A DNA stretch of 64,000 nucleotides from Eledone cirrhosa (Eukaryota), in contig OZ024740.1 in the NCBI GenBank assembly GCA_964016885.1, positions 360,592,001 through 360,656,000 on the forward strand, in the 5' to 3' direction. Of this stretch, positions 62,342-64,000 are shown piece by piece. The first letter of the stretch is position 1, and each line of letters opens with the position of its first letter. The notes under the pieces are model-generated. The model was not told where the DNA came from and searched no databases. It worked only from the letters and a program-made list of their open reading frames with translations. The position numbers were made by a program, and so were the translations under genes.

Positions 62342-62412
62342 GTTAGATATCTACGTGCAGGTTCGTAGTTATTTATGAGCAGATAGTAGCAGCCAACAGA
62401 CAACCAAGCAAC
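62342..62412 (-). CDS. CDC16: CDC16/APC6 exon (most 5' exon in window)
   Basis: VAWLSVGCYYLLINNYEPARRYL (human VSWFAVGCYYL..ARRYL); AG/GT; 71 nt. Confidence 0.93.
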
Positions 62413-63189
62413 CTGGGATGAAGAACATTTTAAAAAAAAATTGTTTCAAATAAAATGGTGGTATAAAGCAATTATCATTTTTCATCTAGAATATCATGTT
62501 TTTATTTTGGCACAGAAACAAAAAATATATGTCTAATCATGCAAGCATAGGAAAACACATAAAAGATATATATAGAGTATCCAACATTTGTTCTGGGTCT
62601 CTGCAGTCTGAGATTAAAAATCCTGTCAAGGACCACTTAGAATTTCATTCTTTCGGGGCAATAAAGAAAGTACCAGCCAAATAATGGTGTAGCCCTCTCT
62701 CCTAATTTTTACATCTTGGATATTCCACTGGATCAAGAGCTTATCTGTGTCAGCTTGGACACAAAATCCTTAGTTAAAGCATATTACATACCACCAAGTT
62801 ATACTTGATTGCAAGTGACAGTAGTAGTAGTATATGTATACACACGTGCATGAAAATATCTGTATTAACAGTTTGAATTATTTGCACATTATCAGTTGTC
62901 TTGTTAGCCTAAACATGCCAAGCTTCTTCCTAAATAATCTATATATGGAAAGGAGCTGGTTATTAGATCAGATAAAAAAAAACAAAAAAACAATGTTTCC
63001 ATTGTTCTTTCTATTGCTGATACTATCTTTTGGTTGCAACTTCTGGCATAAGGTTGCCCATGCAGTATGTGTGTACATATATATATATATACACTGGAAG
63101 GCACTTATAATTACAAATAATGTTATATGATTTTCAATATATAAAGGTTATATGTTATATACTGTGCTTAATATTATCAGCCAGATATG

Positions 63190-64000
63190 GGCCTTCGGAA
63201 ATAGTTGCTGAGATGCTGAAGGCATCTGGTTCGGTGGGACACACCATGGTCACCCGGATAGTTAACCAAGTCGTACAGAATGGGGTTGTTCCGAAGGAAT
63301 GGCGTAGCAGCATCATCGTTAACTGCTATAAGGGAAAAGGAGATGCCCTAGATAGGAGTAACTATAGAGGCATTAAATTAATCGACCAGGTCATGAAGGT
63401 CACGGAAAAAGTAATAGCGCAACTAATCAGAGAGAGAATTGATCTAGATGAAATGCAGTTCGGGTTTGTGTCAGGCAAAAGTACCACAGACGCTCTTTTC
63501 ATTGTACGACAACTACAGGAGAAGTACCTAGCTAAAAGTAAACCCCTATACTTAGCTTTTGTCGACTTGGAGAAAGCCTTCGACAGAGTCCCCCGTTCCA
63601 TTATCTGGTGGTCTCTTAGAAAACTAGGTGTTGACGAATGGCTTGTGAGAGCTATACAAGCCATGTATAAAGAAACAGTCAGTAAGGTTAGAATTAACAA
63701 CGAATATAGTGAAGAGTTTAGCGTAAAAGTTGGTGTCCATCAGGGCTCTGTACTTAGCCCCCTACTATTTATTATTGCCCTTCAGGCTATAACAGAGGAG
63801 TTCAAGACCGGCTGCCCATGGGAACTCCTATACGCAGATGATCTAACGCTCATAGCTGAATCAATGACCGAACTAGAGAAGAAATTCCAAACGTGGAAGC
63901 ACGGCCTAGAATCAAAAGGCCTTAAAATTAACCTGGCTAAGACTAAAGTTCTAGTTTGTAGGAAAGAAAATAAGGCGGCGGTCCCATCGGGGAAATGGCC
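63190..64000 (+). mobile_element. RTE family B, 5'-truncated, runs off the window
   Basis: Close match to the RT region of the 39308-42424 ORF. Confidence 0.93.

Overview
AT-rich, repeat-dense animal DNA, most likely from an octopus (inferred from the (TA)n/(TATG)n seas and the SINE/RTE types). One host gene is clear: the 3' half of CDC16/APC6 on the minus strand. It has seven phase-consistent GT-AG coding exons from 62412 to the stop at 25243, including a ~27-kb intron packed with RTE LINEs. One RTE keeps an intact 1038-aa APE-RT ORF with an embedded PHD finger. The window also holds CR1 LINEs, Penelope-like elements (PLEs), Nin- and Meta-type tRNA SINEs, maT/mariner, hAT, piggyBac-like and Helitron-like relics. 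The most striking hidden layer is about a dozen type I hammerhead ribozyme motifs from about eight unrelated families. Most have a palindromic stem III and sit in tandem/inverted non-coding units inside (TA)n arrays (PLE pLTRs and retrozyme-like units of ~322 and 561 nt). Two dissimilar units share an almost identically spaced octamer-TCASCT-TATATA cassette upstream of the ribozyme, suggesting an internal snRNA-type promoter. Diverged fold-back duplications recur at insertion junctions. The Y/I/M/C-rich ORFs are microsatellite artefacts. Repeat boundaries are approximate and read by eye.
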